Source: an uncultured bacterium (GTDB lineage: Bacteria > Babelota > Babeliae > Babelales > Babelaceae). Taken from it: a stretch of 64,000 bases of DNA. Of this stretch, positions 61,166-64,000 are shown one piece after another (position 1 is the first letter of the stretch; the number at the start of each line of letters is the position of its first letter). Where the stretch lies: the NCBI GenBank assembly GCA_963824495.1, contig CAWGPQ010000005.1, forward strand, positions 1 to 64,000, read 5' to 3'. Below the pieces are notes generated by a model. It ran no database searches and was not told where the DNA came from. It saw only the letters and a list, made by a program, of their open reading frames with translations. A program made the position numbers and the translations under genes.

Positions 61166-61612
61166 TTAGGCAACTGGAGCACTAATAGTTCTATCACCTA
61201 ATAGACGGGGTGCTAATACAGCTGTTAATTCTTGAGCATGTACTTGAGGATCGGCTTGTAGTCTTGCTAGTATCTGTTGGCGTTCCTGAAGTGTAAGGTG
61301 GATGAGAAAGGTTGTTATAGTGATAAGAGGTAAAGCGATAAAGCGAACACTGACGCAATCGAGAGCGTCTTGCATCTGATTAGTACATTCTTTACTTGTG
61401 CTCCTTTCCACGGTTGGTGTAATGCAATCTTCTGCCTTTTTGAACGTTTCATGACAGCACTGCTGTAAGAGCTGATCAAAGAGTATCCCAGTGCCTACAA
61501 TGCCAGCACTTACGAGAAGTTGCTTATTGTCATAATGAAATGCATGAGAAGCCGATGGGTTAAAAAGTAATGGCACGAGAGCTATTGTCAAAAGTAGAGT
61601 TCTATGGGTCAT
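61166..61612 (-). CDS. Hypothetical membrane/exported protein
   Basis: Signal peptide plus two hydrophobic segments around a Cys-rich loop. Confidence 0.55.
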   Translation of the reverse strand: MTHRTLLLTIALVPLLFNPSASHAFHYDNKQLLVSAGIVGTGILFDQLLQQCCHETFKKAEDCITPTVERSTSKECTNQMQDALDCVSVRFIALPLITITTFLIHLTLQERQQILARLQADPQVHAQELTAVLAPRLLGDRTISAPVA

Positions 61613-61810
61613 GTTCGTTCTGTGTATAAGTGGATTTAAAATAATAGTATCCAACGTGTTGTTTTTACATGAATTTTCAAAATTTGTCAAAATTTCCCCG
61701 AGAAAATTCACTTTGGAAAAATAATTATTTAATTATTATTGATAATTCGTATTATGATTTGATAGTCTAAGGGTAACAGATATTTTAACTGATAACTAAA
61801 GGGAAACTAT

Positions 61811-62200
61811 ATGAGAAATTTATTATTTGGCTTTGTGGGCTTACTTGTAATAGCCTCGAGTATATATTGTTCTTATAGTGGCAATTATCAAACTCTAGGA
61901 ACTTTTTACCCATCTCCTGCTTCGTCTGATCAACGTGCGGCATCACTTGAAGTAAAGGGTGATATTCAACATGCAGATCCTCACGAAGAATTTTCGGGAC
62001 GGCTTGTATATCCTGATGGTTCATGGTTAAGCATTATCACAGTTAAGGCTCCGGTACACTCTCGCTATGAAGATTACTATCCTACGATTGAAGGAGCACA
62101 ATATCTTGGATCCTATGCAATACGCTGGCGGCCAAGTAGTGATGTTATGTGGTCTCGCGCAATTTTGTATATTTTTGAGCCTCAGGTACAAGCCTGGTAA
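61811..62200 (+). CDS. Exported hypothetical protein, 'VYPDGS' family copy 1
   Basis: Signal peptide; GRLVYPDGSWLSIITV. Confidence 0.75.
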   Translation: MRNLLFGFVGLLVIASSIYCSYSGNYQTLGTFYPSPASSDQRAASLEVKGDIQHADPHEEFSGRLVYPDGSWLSIITVKAPVHSRYEDYYPTIEGAQYLGSYAIRWRPSSDVMWSRAILYIFEPQVQAW

Positions 62201-62223
62201 CACAACACAATAAGGAAATCATT

Positions 62224-62679
62224 ATGAAAAGATTAATTTTGTTAAGTTTAGCTTTTTTGGCTTATGGACCACTCGTAGCTATGGGTAGATTGGGTCTTCC
62301 GCCAGGCCGTACTATTGCAGCTCCTCAAAGTTCTATAGACATTACTGATATGCTGGATCATAGAGGAGGGCTTGAGGTGCCTAATTATGACCTGAACTCT
62401 TTAGCTGTAGACATTCCTGTGCCAGGCAGAATTGTTTACCATGATAGCTCAGCCTTACCCGTTACTGTTGTTCGTGCTTATAGTGGAACTCGCTATGCTT
62501 CTTATCAGCCTCAAGGTGCGGGACCTCTCGTTGCAGTGCAGACGCTTCCTAAAAGTGATGTAGAAGCAATGCCAGGTGCTGCAAATATTATCTTAGCCTT
62601 TGTTGGGCCAACACAAGCTTCGGATTTACGAGGTATTGCTCAGTTGGTATATGTTTCGCTGGTGGGTCAAGCCGAATAA
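62224..62679 (+). CDS. Exported hypothetical protein, 'VYPDGS' family copy 2
   Basis: Signal peptide; GRIVYHDSSALPVTVV...LRGIAQLVY. Confidence 0.75.
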   Translation: MKRLILLSLAFLAYGPLVAMGRLGLPPGRTIAAPQSSIDITDMLDHRGGLEVPNYDLNSLAVDIPVPGRIVYHDSSALPVTVVRAYSGTRYASYQPQGAGPLVAVQTLPKSDVEAMPGAANIILAFVGPTQASDLRGIAQLVYVSLVGQAE

Positions 62680-62973
62680 GGGTCGATGCACTATCTTGAA
62701 TCTTTTGTTGGGTTTTGGTGACAAGGCTGTATTATAAATTTTTTGAATCTTAAAAAGATTAATCCTTAAAACTTTTTTCTTAATTTTCTCTTTTAGCTAA
62801 TTTATGTTTTTATTCTACAAGAAGAAATTACTATTCCTTGGGATTTAATAAATAAATATGAGATAATAAGTTAAATTTATTGATATTAGCTAATTGGTTT
62901 CAGTATAATTAATTATGGGAAGGGTATCCTAAGAGAAATATTTATATTTATATTAAAATTCAAGGAGAGCTTT

Positions 62974-63633
62974 ATGAAAAATTTAATATTTTTAAGCTTA
63001 TCGCTTTTAACTCTCGTGCCTCTTGTGGGTATGACGCCATTTCAAGGGGAGCCGTTACATGGAACTGGGCCCTTGATTGAGACCGGTATTCCTGGACAAG
63101 GCCCAGAGTTGCCCCGTAGGAGTAAACCATCAGGCTTAAAATATGAACCGATTTTCCGAGAGCGCCTCCATCGAGGTACCCCGATAGGTGGTATGCTTCA
63201 GCCCTTAGATGCCGGTACTGTAGTCGAGCAGGGACATAAGGGGAACCTTAAATTGCTTCAAGCGAGAGGCGCCCGAAGGCTTGATCTTAATTCTGTAACT
63301 CAAGGTCAAAATCTTGAGGGTAACGTGGTGTACCCGGACGGCTCTCAATTGCCTGTTGTTGCAGTTGTTGGTCATGGTGCAACCTACTATAAGTCAAACG
63401 AGCCAACGAAAGAGCCACAAGCGTTATTTCTCGGTTTCGCTTCAGCCAAACTTCCAACTAATCTCGTTTTATATGTTTTCGTTCATAAAACTGAGCCGTT
63501 GACTTTACGTGGTACTGCTCAATTAGTTTATAATGAGCTGGTCAGATCGACCACCGAGCAGCCAGAAGAAGCTACGCTAAGGGCTGCTCCTGAAAGTGAG
63601 TTAGGTTTTCATACGTATGAACATACTCTGTAA
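62974..63633 (+). CDS. Exported hypothetical protein, 'VYPDGS' family copy 3
   Basis: AAGGAG ribosome-binding site; GNVVYPDGSQLPVVAV...LRGTAQLVY. Confidence 0.75.
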   Translation: MKNLIFLSLSLLTLVPLVGMTPFQGEPLHGTGPLIETGIPGQGPELPRRSKPSGLKYEPIFRERLHRGTPIGGMLQPLDAGTVVEQGHKGNLKLLQARGARRLDLNSVTQGQNLEGNVVYPDGSQLPVVAVVGHGATYYKSNEPTKEPQALFLGFASAKLPTNLVLYVFVHKTEPLTLRGTAQLVYNELVRSTTEQPEEATLRAAPESELGFHTYEHTL

Positions 63634-63719
63634 TCACCAGGTGTAATACAATGAAATGTAAGAACTGAAGGAAAGTGACTTTGTAATAAAAAAAGTATAT
63701 TAAAGAAAGGGAGATTGTT

Positions 63720-64000
63720 ATGAAAAGAATTGAAATTTTAAGTATAACTCTTCTTGCGCTGATACCAGCATTTTGCATACGTGCTCAAGGATATGAGCCG
63801 GCAACAATCCAGCCTACGTACGCTAGTATTCAAACGCGTAAACCGGAAGTATGGCACCGAGAATGGGGATTTTATCATTTTAAAGCGGGCGAGCTTCGTA
63901 ATGGTAACGTATGGTCGATTGAATTTGTACAGCCCATTATTGGTGAAGATATTAAGGCAACATTAGCAAGAGTCCAACCAGGTGATCAAATAACCGGCAG
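63720..64000 (+). CDS. Exported hypothetical protein, probable copy 4 (runs off the window)
   Basis: Open frame MKRIEILSITLLALIPAF...LARVQPGDQITG aligns with LNSVTQGQNLEG of copy 3. Not in the supplied ORF track. Confidence 0.6.
   Translation, partial: MKRIEILSITLLALIPAFCIRAQGYEPATIQPTYASIQTRKPEVWHREWGFYHFKAGELRNGNVWSIEFVQPIIGEDIKATLARVQPGDQITG

Overview
The window joins two very different sequences. Bases 1 to ~6545 are high-GC (roughly 60-65% by eye) and heavily frameshifted. They carry an SDR, a RidA protein, a REP-like doublet, an arsenosugar-type glycosyltransferase plus DedA/flavoprotein cluster, a response-regulator/radical-SAM chimera and a DegP fragment. At ~6545 the sequence switches abruptly, inside a DegP gene and an IS3 transposase, to AT-rich DNA (roughly 35-40% GC). 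Its content (ankyrin proteins, many signal-peptide orphan paralogues, fused M16 peptidase) suggests a host-associated bacterium such as Dependentiae/Babeliae; that assignment is inference. The AT-rich part holds DNA-repair genes (phrB, mutY, nfi, alkD-like), tRNA-Lys and tRNA-Glu, an accessory stretch with an intact IS982 and decayed toxin-antitoxin modules, and several tandem paralogue arrays. Top findings: (1) a T-box riboswitch of the ultrashort-Stem-I, actinobacterial ileS type, apparently re-specified to Asn (AAC specifier, UGGC bulge) in front of a non-discriminating AspRS; (2) an array of about seven copies of an unrecognised ~135-aa CxxC-terminated domain; (3) a cluster of secreted RGG/Tyr-rich proteins next to duplicated M3 peptidases; (4) tandem exported Lon-like AAA ATPases without a protease domain; (5) a candidate structured RNA at 46.9 kb. 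No database searches were run; all calls come from reading motifs.
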